DNA of 64,000 nt, from assembly GCF_040938485.1 (NCBI RefSeq), contig NW_027270917.1:1364001-1428000 (forward strand). Direction: 5' to 3'. Source of the DNA: Diadema antillarum. Lineage: Eukaryota. Under the pieces are notes generated by a model, which made no database searches, was not told where the DNA came from, and saw only the letters and a program-made list of their open reading frames with translations. This document shows, piece by piece, positions 22,764-34,600 of this stretch (position 1 is its first letter; every line of letters starts with the position of its first letter). A program made the translations under genes and the position numbers.

Positions 22764-25316
22764 TAGTCCACGAGCATTAGTTTTAACCTGGACATTTTTG
22801 GTAACAAGCTGATTTTTTCAGGATAGGTCCAGAAAAATGTCTGAAATAACATACTAAAAGTCCTCATAGATCTTCTTTGAGCGTTTTCCGCAACCCAAGA
22901 TGGCGTCCAAAATGGCCGCCATATCCAAAAATTTTTATAATTTTTCAACCAGAGAACCAAAATACAAAATTTAAATGTCTAAATATATGTTTTTAAGCAT
23001 GAAGAACTCATGCACGAAAGTACCGTAACCCAAGATGGCGTCCAAAATGGCCGCCATTTTCTGAAATTCTTATAACTTTTCAGCCAGGTAACCAAATACA
23101 AAATGTAAATGTCTAAATGTATGTTTTGAAGGATGAAGAACTCAATAAAATACATAGGCCTATTGAGAATTGTTGAAGCACGCAAGTACCGTAATCCAAG
23201 ATGGCGTCCAAAATGGCCGCCATTTCCTGATTTTTTTTTCTCATAATTTTGCGAGTAGATTTCAACTGTACACACCTGTAATGTCGAAATATACGTTTTG
23301 AGTCACAGTGAACCAATTATAATACTTATTCGGAGATTTTGAAACACAAATAAAGCATTTAAGCACTTTCAAAAATCCAAAATGGTGTCCAAAATGGCTG
23401 CCATTTCCTGTTTTTCTCATAACCCTGCAACTACGTAACCGCGATGCGCACTTAAATGTATAAGGAACCCAACAAAATACTTATTCAGTTATCATGAAGC
23501 ACGTAACTACAAATAAAACCACGTGAGTTCTTCGCGAAAACCAAATGTTGCGCAAAATGGCTGCCGTTTGTTTATCAAAAGACAAAGATATTCAACATAA
23601 TGTTCGAGATTCAACAACTCAGATGGTCCAGTGGAATATTTCTCTTAAATGTGCACTACATGGGTATAGGTTCGCTTGGATGCACCCCCCCCCCCCCTTG
23701 GGAAAAGGGGTGGCCTGTACAATCATTACTTTCCAAATATTCATCCTAAAGTATATGCACAAAAATGCAAAACGTCCCTCGCTCGATCCCTTTCCACAGA
23801 CTTTGTACACATTTGAGATTAACAAATTTCCGAATATGTCATCAAAAAGTGTGCACTAGATCTTTCACTTTCCATGAAAACATAACTTTTTGTTCCTTTT
23901 TTATCAAAACAAAAATTTAATATTTCACCAATAGGGTGCGTCAGATGTCTGAATATCAAGTCTGAAAATGCAAAATCTCCCTCATGTTGAGGGGAGGGGA
24001 TCCCCCTTCCACCCCCTACCATATATTGCCCATTTCCCTGAATACTACTTTTATATTTCGTACTCTTTGATGGAAACAATTCAATATCTTACCAAACGTT
24101 TGCTCTGGATGTTTCACTTTCGAGTGAAAAAAAAGACCCCTCGTGTGGGAGAGGAGTATTTCTCCTCTACGTACCAATGACTATGAGTGCCACATTCTCT
24201 GACTTCTATCTATAATGTAATTTTACCTAATCTACACGAAATGAATAAGATGATTTAGACACTTTGTTTTAAGGCGAAGCAATATACTGCAGCAAAGAGA
24301 TTCACTGTCATGTGATGAATTACACATTATTTTGTCGCACATGGAGACACTAATTGTCAACATTTATGTAGCACAGACATGAGAAAGAATTGTTGTTACT
24401 TCTTGAGTGATAATTGACAGTTTCAAATGGAACTCTTCTCATGCACTGTCATGGTAGACACCAAATGCGTTGGTAATAAAAAAGGGCTAGTACTAAATTT
24501 TCATTTCAAGTGATTGAGGTGAAGAAAATAGACCATGTGGTAAAAAGATCTAGTATTCTCTCTGTTTAGCAACAAATCTGATGGTGAAATGTTTTTCTCG
24601 TAACAATGACCCACTCCTTGAGTTGAACATCCAAAATGTTTTATTTGTATACAGTCCTTTACTCATAAGAACTATTTTTGAATAAAAGGTTTCTTATAAA
24701 CTACAGTATACTGACATTTATTTACATAATTTACATATTATCTTGATATGTATTTCATTGAGTTCTTTCTGTTTCGAAACATAGACACTTAAAGTTTGTA
24801 TTGGGTTGCCTATTTGAAAAAGAAATGGTGGCCATTTTGGATGCCATCTTGGATTACGGTACTTGTGTCCGTCAACATCTCTTAATATGTATTTATTGAG
24901 TACTTCATCCTTCAAAACATACATTTAGAAATTTAGATTTTGTATTTGGGTTACTTGGCTGGAAAGTTATAAGAATTTCAAAATATGGCGGCCATTTTGG
25001 ACGCCATCTTGGATTACCGTACTTGCGTGCGTTAAAATCTCTTGATATGCATTTAATTGAATTCTTCATACTTTAAAACGTAATGTTTAGACATTTAAAT
25101 TTTGTACTTTGGTTCTGTGGTTGAAAAGTTATAAGAATTTCTGGAAATGGCGGCCATTTTGGACTCCATCTTGGATTGCGGAAAACGCTCAAAGAGGATT
25201 TATGAGGACTTTTAGTATGTTATTCTAGACATTTTTCTGAACCTATCCTGAGAAAATCAGCTTGTTACCAAAAATATCCAGGTTTAAGCCTTTTTTGACC
25301 TAATGCTCTTGGACTC
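22764..25316. mobile_element. 2.55-kb non-autonomous foldback DNA transposon with ~600-bp modular TIRs and a 4-bp TSD (GGGG); Academ-like
   Basis: gggg|TAGTCCACGAGCATTAG...CTAATGCTCTTGGACTC|gggg. The arms are built from repeated caagatggcgtccaaaatggccgcc modules on the left and their inverses on the right. No transposase ORF. Confidence 0.8.
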
Positions 25317-27293
25317 GGGGAAAATCTGACAATCTGTACAAAAGTTATGAATCTTTAAAGTTTCGGTGCACGCATGGCTGAATAAGAAGACTACTACAGT
25401 TTGTGACGTCACGTATGAGGGACGGTTTGAATTTAGATAAATTCAGATGCATTTATTCCAGTAAGATCGCAAATACAGGGATGCATTGAGGCCTACATGG
25501 AACGTGACAGCTATGCAGTGATCTGATAAGGAGGACATGTCCCGAGAAGTTAACACAAACAGGAAATTTGTTACCATGGGATGCCCTGCTAACAGTGTGA
25601 ATAAAATTGATACAAGAATTACTAACACACACACCCACACACACACAAAAGATGAATATTATTGAAAAAGAAGAAAAAATTAACAATAACAAGGTACTTG
25701 TTCGAAAACTTCCCCAAAAGATTAAACAAAAAAAGTGTGCATGTATGTTTGTTTATCTTTCCCGGATCAACAATTCTTGAAGATCTTACTTTTAACAGTA
25801 CATTGATAACAGGTATTTCTTAAATCTACTTTTAAATACATTCATAGATGAGACACTGGTAACATGCAGTGGTAGTGAGTTCTACAGTTTTTTGGTCCAG
25901 TGAAACGAACATCATAATGGGGAGTGGTATGACATTGTTCTATGACTTGCAGAATGTAGACAAGCCGACGTTTGCAAATATCAAATTGCAGTAAAAGAAA
26001 CAAGGGAGGATGAGTGTACAATACAACATTTGCAAGACATTATTTTCATACAAAATGTGCCGGATTCTAAAATTAATACCATGTAATGCTTTTTGATACC
26101 TTTTCTCAACTTCTCTCTCTTATGTAATACTTCCAACTTAAATTTGAGTCTACATAAATCCCAAGGAACTTAGTGTACTCAACTATAGGCATTCTTACAC
26201 AATTCAAATTAATTTCAAGTTGCTACTTTAAAAATCGTGGAATCTACCTGCGATTAGTATCGTCTCCATAGAGAAAAAAAGAAAGCATATAGAAGATTTT
26301 ATTCTCAATGTCGTTGTATAAAATGAAGCAAGGAGCCCCGAAGAGAACCACGGGATTAAACTTGAAACAGATAATTTTAATTTAGTACATGGAAAGCGAT
26401 TTGAAAGATAACTAATGAACCATGGAATCAAAAGCAATTCCACGAATACAAAAGTGTCTAAATATTGATAAATAATACTGTGATTAGTATCAAAACCCTT
26501 ATTTGATAAATATATGAAAATGAAATCATAAAGGAGTTCTCTTTAAATGTATCTGCAATCTTATTTCACAGAGGCCATCGAGGTTGAGTACTTATTATAA
26601 AATCCAAACTGATTCCTATCAAAAATACCATTCTTATCTAGAAATGAAGAGTTTGTTAGTAAAAACTGATAAGTTCATATTTGCCAAATGGAGATATAAT
26701 TTGCGATTAAAGATCAAGGGAAGTAAAAAGAATAATAAGAAAATTTAACAAGAAAATGTTTGCTTCTTTTGACCATAACTTCAAAAATGTACCTCTATAT
26801 GTAGTGACCAATATATCATTTAAAAGGTATTATTTTGTACTTCATGACAGAGAGCGTATACTTCAAAATCTTCAAAAATGGACTTTGCGAACAAACTCTT
26901 CAAATGTTATCACCTTTTTATGAATAGGCCGCGTAATCCTTTCAAGTATCTTATATAGACAAAAATGAAGGAACCGAAATGGGGCGGTAATTACTTTCTT
27001 CGCTTTCGTCACCCTTTTTAAAGATCGGGGTGACTCTGGCAATTTTTAGTTTCTCGGGAAAAAACACCATTATTCACGGACAAATTAAGAATTACAAAGT
27101 GGTTCACTGATTTCATCAATGATACAATTAATGACATTAGGGCTAAAGTCTTCTAAACCTGGTGCTTTATTACTATTGAATAGTTTTTACTATACGTTGC
27201 ATATTTCTTGATATAAAGAAAATTTAACGAAAATTTAACAAAACTTTTTATGAAAAGTAGGGCCTACACATTCCCTCAACTTGTTACATATTA

Positions 27294-27478
27294 CAGTGGC
27301 CTCCCGTTATAACGAAGTCCTTGGGACCGGTTGTTTTCATTCGTTATATCGAAATTTCGTTATAATCGAACGAATAAATAATAAAAAACAAAGAGCGGAT
27401 AATGCTTCGGTATGAATTTTAACTTCATTGTGACCGGAATTTCGTTATAACCGTGTTCGCTGTAACGGGAGTGCACTG
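27294..27478. mobile_element. Tc1/mariner(pogo)-type MITE with TA TSD
   Basis: ta|CAGTGGCCTCCCGTTATAACGAA ... TTCGCTGTAACGGGAGTGCACTG|ta. Confidence 0.75.
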
Positions 27479-28609
27479 TATGTTAAGCGTGATATCATTC
27501 CCCCAGATTCCTGAAAGAGGTATTGTCAAGCGCTCTTTCATTGTGCTATAGGGCTTTAAAATGAGAATGATTGCTCTCTGGCTTTATTGAATTTTCTTTA
27601 TGGTCAGTCTTTGCATCGTTCTTCATACATGACGTCACAAGCTGCAGTAATCTTCTCATCCAGCTATGGCTGAACAAATGTAGAAATCCCCAATTTTTGA
27701 AAGGATTGTCCGATTAATTTAAACTTTCACTGATGCGGTCTACAATATTCCTGCATTCTCTCAATCCACACGTAGGCCTACATTTGGATTTCATACCCTA
27801 AAGCCTAAGGGTGGTATTCTGAAATCCTTCCTTTATAGGAAGAAATTTCTTCCCAAGTCAGGATTTTTTCCTTTGTATTCTGGAAATCTTCCTAATTTTC
27901 TTCCTAAGTCTGTTCCTTTAGAAGTTTTTTCCTAGACTTAGGAAGAAACTTAGGAAAGGGGCGGGGAGTATGCAAATGAGGGTGATAACTATGCAAATTT
28001 CTGACTTAGGAAGAATTTGGTACTCTAGAATGCATTTAGGAAAGAATTTTAGGAAAATATTTAGGAAAGCTTCGCCCATGTAAGTACTTAGGGCCCATAG
28101 GATTACACGCAGACTGGTCATGCAGGCAATGCATCACGGCCGCTCGTTCTTCTTGCACACCCTTTTGCAGGGAAAAGAAACATTCAATGATTGTGAGAGA
28201 CTTAGAATAACTTCTCTATCACCTGAAGAGTTCAAGAAGAACTGTCGTCTTCACCATACATGCATTCACGGTCGTCAGTACAGAGGCTCTAGGTAACATC
28301 CTAAAAGATGACGAAGGAATAGTTCGGCATAATCAGGATGCCAGAACAATTCCTGTAGATCTGCAGAAGGGCATTTATTGGCCTACGCAGAGAAACTAAT
28401 ATTGTTTTCTACACTTGCGTGCATCTTTGTACCTCAGGTAAAACAATTAACTTTGCACATTGTCTATAGGAAAGGACAGTCTAGATCACTGCCGTCATTA
28501 ATGGACATTACGATGGATGCCTTGGTGGACATGCGTGTGCGGAGAGAGCTGACTCGCGCTCGACTCTGGCAGGTGAAGTGTACGACCCTCATTGAGCCGA
28601 AGAGGTTTT

Positions 28610-28698
28610 GCACCCGGCCGGCCCGGCGCGGCGGCGGGGCGCGGCGAGGCGCGGCGGCGCGATCGAACCGCTGTAACATTAGTGCCGCCGACTGAAGG
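28610..28698 (+). promoter_or_regulatory. GC/CpG-rich stretch with GC-box-like motifs immediately 5' of the TANGO6 start codon (probable promoter/5' UTR)
   Basis: ccggccggcccggcgcggcggcggggcgcggcgaggcgcggcggcgcg stands out in an AT-rich background and ends about 40 nt before ATG 28699. The function is inferred. Confidence 0.45.
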
Positions 28699-31600
28699 AT
28701 GGCGAATCAAGCGATGTACACTGAAGGTGCCTATGATGACTTGGAAGCGATATTTCACGGAATTCAGCTTTTAACATCCCCATGTTCGACTTTTCCAGGT
28801 ATGTTTCCGTCTAAGATACTGTGAAAAAAAAATCCATCTTTCACGTACGGTCAGGAGAGGCTAGATATATACTGCCCGGTCTGTAAACACCACCGACAGT
28901 TGAACAGTCCCACGTATTCAAAATGATGGTTGTACTTCTATTCATTTTTAGATTATCTGACATATTAGTGCCTACAATTAGCCTACTAAGGAAACTGATT
29001 GATAAACAGTCACAGTGTGATAATAAGGCAAGAAAAGAAAAATCAAAGATATAAATTACTGAACAAATGAGTCATCTGAATCAACGGCATGGCACAGACT
29101 GATGAAAATGGTCTAGACCAGTCCGGGAAACCCGCTCATGAGGACCGCCCCCGCGTACGAGGATGGTCCCTCCTCATGAGGACCTCCCCCCGCCTCATGA
29201 GGCCCCCCGGGGAACGCCTCATGAGGCCCCCCATTCACTTCTTATTCATCTCACATCTGACGTATAAATTGTCGCAACTTTGCACGGTGATTTTTTGTTG
29301 CACACACATGTCCACTATCCATGATGAAAAGAAGAAAAAATCGAGTTTTAATCAACCGATGCAGAGCGCCCATCAAAACACGGGCGCCAGCGCGTTCGCA
29401 CAATGCAAGACTGCCGCACCTAGCGGCCTCATATCTCATCCGACTAAATATTTTCGATGCTTTTTTCTGCGGCTCTCACCTCTCCGCGCACGAATCAGCC
29501 TCGTGAAGCTGAAGTCTGACATCTTTTTACACAAATTCGTAACGAGAAAAATTAAATCAGTACTAACCTGATCTTGTCCATATATTCCAAATTACTATTC
29601 CACACTGATAGAGTAGGTGGGTAGATGACATACTCCAGTTTGTTAGCAAAATAATCACTTTGTAGGTATGACGAGTTCATTTTCTTCGTCAATTCCGCCC
29701 ACGATTCCGCCGCCCGCTTACCGTTTGGGCGCTTTCTCTGGAATCATCCCGCGACGCGACGTACGTCGCATCACATCACGCATCCAGCACATACCAGTCT
29801 GGTATGTGCTGGATGCGTGATGTGATGCGACGTACGTCGCGTCGCGGGATGATTCCAGAAAAAGCGCCCACACGGCGGAATCGTGGGCGGAATTGACGAA
29901 GAAAGTGAACTCGTCATACCTACAAAGTGATTATTTTGCTAACAAACTGGAGTATGTCATCTACCCACCTACTCTATCAGTGTGGAATAGTAATTTGGAA
30001 TATATGGACAAGATCAGGTTAGTACTGATTTAATTTTTCTCGTTACGAATTTGTGTAAAAAGATGTCAGACTTCAGCTTCACGAGGCTGATTCGTGCGCG
30101 GAGAGGTGAGAGCCGCAGAAAAAAGCATCGAAAATATTTAGTCGGATGAGGCCGCTAGGTGCGGCAGTCTTGCATTGTGCGAACGCGCTGGCGCCCGTGT
30201 TTTGATGGGCGCTCTGCATCGGTTGATTAAAACTCGATTTTTGAAAAAAAAACAGACAGGATTTTTTCTTCTTTTCATCATGGATAGTGGACATGTGTGT
30301 GTAACAAAAAATCACCGTGCAAAGTTGCGACAATTTATACGTCAGATGTGAGATGAATAAGAAGTGAATGGGGGGCCTCATGAGGCGTTCCCCGGGGGGC
30401 CTCATGAGGCGGGGGGAGGTCCTCATGAGGAGGGACCATCCTCGTACGCGGGGGCGGTCCTCATGAGCGGGTTTCCCGGACTGAGACCACATGGGTGTAG
30501 ATCTATGAAAGGGGGGTGGGGGGGGGGGGGGGGGGTCGTGAGGGTCGTAAATTTTCAAAGACAAAAGGTCCACCTTTTGTAAAAGACATTATTGTTTTTC
30601 GAGCGGGGTTTTTACCCTACTTACAACAGGAAAAAAAAAATGACCAGGTGATGTTCCAGCAAATTGTATTCTAGGAAGGTTGTACCGACTCAACAACTTT
30701 TTTTTAAATACAGTTTTCCACTTACCGATTCATGAACTTGTAAGTGACCAACAAGGTTTTACCACAAATTTTAACATAAATGGGTTTTTCTAAGTATGCC
30801 AAAAAAGTCACTTTTGCATGCACCAAATGGCCCAATTTTAAGATATAAACTTCAAAAACTCCCTACTGTGGGAGGGGGGAACCCTCCCCCCCCCCCCAGC
30901 TCGGTCGCTCCATTCCCTCGCAAAGGTAAAGGTCCAAAAATTGTGATTACGACCCCCCCCCCTCCCCCCCCCCCCCCCCCCCCCCCCCTTGAAAAAATCC
31001 TGGATTCACCCCTGGACCAAGACTAGAGTAGAGACTAAAGAATAAAGACTAAAGACTTCGACAAAAAGTGTTATTGATAAGTGTATGGCATGGGCGTGTT
31101 ATGGTCATCAGAGAATGAGCCGACTATTCTCATGTATTCAGTACCGGTTGTGAGTGATGTTCTAACATGATATCTAATTTACTGGTCATAGTGTAAGCTG
31201 TCTCCTCCATGAAGTCCTTGAGTGTGTTTTTTTACTGAGTACTAAACTTTTTGTTAATATGCCCAGGCACTTACAAAGAAAGTAACTGTATCATACATTC
31301 ACATGCCACCCTTTCTCATCAGCATCCACTCAGTTGAATCCTCTGAATTTGATCAGCTTGTAAAGTTACCCAGCCTATTCAGACATTTTCATGTAACTCT
31401 TTTCCAACAAGTATCCATTGTTGACACAATTATGGTAATTTCAATTCATTGGCAAAGAAAGTAAAAAACCCCAACCAAGGTTCAACCTCCCACGCCAAAA
31501 TTTGACCGCGCGCAAAAGCATAGGTTTCAACATGTAGCCCGCGTTCAAATTTTGGATGGTGTTGGCACAATTCAAGTTCAATGATTTTGCATATATGTGT

Positions 31601-34600
31601 CTTGTAAAGACAAATGAAAAAATGAGATAGGTCTAGACATTTTGTAATGAAAGACAGAGGTCCCATTTTCCACATTCCACTTGATTACAGGTCTTTTCTT
31701 AGGTGCCCACATGGACATGAAAGTGAATGATTGATGAAATTCTGTGGATATTGCCCAGTGCACGTTGTGTGTTTTGCTGTCACCTGTCTGGCATTAGTGA
31801 ACCGTAAAGACATTCTCTACCATTATGCTGGTGTACGGTAGTCAACAACACTGGCTTCAAGATTTGATACACTCACAGATTTGTTTTTTTAATAAGGTGT
31901 CCATATACTAAACATTTTCTTCTGTTATAATGAATTACAGTTGTTCCTTTTTTTTCAGGTTCAAAGGATGGCAACAATGTTGACTGGTTTGAGAAATCTC
32001 TTCTTGCCTCAATGGAGGCACTACACCAAGCTCTGAAGGATGATGGAGTCTTCAGACAGCCAACATTTGTTTTTGGAAAAGAGCAGTCCAGCCTGGAATC
32101 TTCCCTTTCCGCTAGTGCTGACCAGAAATGGACTTACGTTGAGCATTGCCTAACACTGCTGGAAAGTCTATCTCGCTGTCTGCATCACAGAGTGACCCTG
32201 CACGAGGGGGAGGTTAGGGATAGGACAAGTGACAAGGCGACGATGACCCCAAATAGGGCACCAGCCGCCTCCCCTGATGCCCTCAGCTTCACACAACAGA
32301 AACTCCTGTCATCACTCGCTCAGTTCATCATCTCTCTGGGCGTATGCCCGGCTCTTCTCCCGGGGGTGGGGCTCCCACTCAGCGTCAGGTCAGACATGGG
32401 GGCTGCCGTGCTGACTTTGGGGAAGCCAATCCCTTTCAAGGAGCGCCAGCGACGCCTGATGCGGGTGTTCAGAACTGTCCTGGTCTGCATCCAGCAGCCA
32501 GTGCTTGGTGGCTTTCTCCTGTCCAAACACCTGAACGATGTGCTGGCAATGGTGATGCAACTTGCCTGCTCAGAAGACATCCAGAGGACGATCAAGATAA
32601 GGAAGCCAGATGGTACCATAGTCAGTCCCACTATGAATGAAAACAAGGGTAGGTTTCTAAAAAAGAAAAAAAGATTATTTCTTTAACCTTCTGTCATTGA
32701 CTGTTTTTGCTGCATTCTTAGATTACAAATTAATTTCATTAATGTTATTTCCATGAAATTATTAATCTTGTTCTTGCAGTGCGGTAGAATATATAGACAT
32801 AGTTTCTGTGCTCGACAGATGACTTTATTATTGTTATGCCACATTTTTCCAGCAATGGTTTGCCTCCTCAAGACAGCCGGAGGTCACCAGTTGGGTAGTA
32901 ATATGTCAGATGAAGATGATTGCCTGGCAGACTAAACATTGTTACCTCTGAGAATAACACACTGCTTACTGTTCCTGCAAAGTATGTAAATCACTTGAAG
33001 GAAAGTGAAATACCTGAAAACTTCTTATCAGTGCCAACTGGTAGTTTAGGTGTGTACTGTAAATACAGCAAATGAATATATGCCTCAAATTTGTTGTATT
33101 TTCCTTGTTCTCAGTCTCAAGGGTGATCTGAATTTTACAAAGTTTTCTTCTGCCACTTTTACAAGAATACAATATGGTAAAGTCATCTACCACCATCTAA
33201 TGTGCATCAGTTTATGTTTAAGATGGAGTTAGTGAATAGTATTACTTAGGATACTGAGTGTTATGATATCCTACAAGAACCAGAGAGGTGGTGATTTTGT
33301 TCGAATACTATAAGCCTTTTGCCTTTTGCTGCTCTCACCTTTTAAGGTGTATTTGTTTTTTTGCGCAGCATTGTCGTCGGATGAGATCGACTTGGCCAGA
33401 CGAGAGCTGGAGCACCTGGTGCAGCGCCTCTACCAGCCGTCGGTGATGAAGGAGCTCCTGATGCTGCAGGGAGGAGGGAGTGGGAGCAGGAGCAGTAGCA
33501 GCAGCAATCCACTCCCTAAACCTCCCCAGTGGCTGAGGAAGCTGTGCGGCAGACTTCTCGTTGAGAGGATCATGGCCCCTAAGGGTGTGGCTCACTTCCT
33601 CCAGGGGGTCATGGACTTGGGAGGTGGGTGCTGACTCTTAACCCATTGAGGACGAGCTGATTTTGCAACAGTATGCAATTCCCATAGACACCTACCTGAG
33701 TATACTCAGAGCTAGTCTTCAACGGGTTAACCCTGGTATTGGTGTTTAAGAGTTCTCCACAGACATTGAGGCCAATGTCTGTGTACAGGTGCAATTGACT
33801 TTTGAAAAGTTTCTTACACCAAGTCGGGATTATCACAAAGCATGTGGGACATTCAATCCCATTTTCTTTTTGGATTTGAATTAGATACAAAAGGAATGTA
33901 TCAATATTTATGCCTAGAGTACATATAGGACTTACATTACTCTGCTTGTTGTCCCCGCCGAACGAGTTCGAGCAGGGGACTATGAAACGGGCTCTGTACG
34001 TGTGTGTGTCCGTGTGTCCGTCCGTGTGTCCGTCCGTCCGTGTGTCCGTGTGTCCGTCCGTGTGTGCGTCCGTGTGTGATCAAAATCTTCAATTTGCTAC
34101 TTCTCTGTCATTTATGAGCCAATTTTGATTCTGTTTGCTTTATATGATAGCACTACATGGGAGCTTTGAAACTTCTACACAGAATTTCAGTCGTGACCTT
34201 TGACCTTGACCTTTGACCTATATTGTACATTTTGCTACAAAATGCTACTCCTTCGCCATTTCTAACCCGATTTCGATTCCGTTTGCTTTATGTGATGGCA
34301 CTAGGTGAGGGCTTCAAAACTTCTACACAGAATTTTGACCTTTGACTTCTTTGACCTTTGACCTTGATTTTTGACCTGTATTGTACATTTTGCTACAAAA
34401 TGCTACTCCTTCGCCATTTCTAACCCGATTTCGATTCCGTTTGCTTTATATGATGGCACTAGGTGAGGGCTTCAAAACTTCTACACAGAATTTTGACCTT
34501 TGACTTCTTTGACCTTTGACCTTGATTTTTTGACCTATATTGTACATTTTGCTACAAAATGCTACTTCCGGCGGGGACATATATTACGCACCGCGTAATT

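Noticed and set aside
29089-30573. 160-aa and 164-aa ORFs on opposite strands with near-identical translations
   Set aside because: They are mirror images created by the palindrome, with no recognisable domain.
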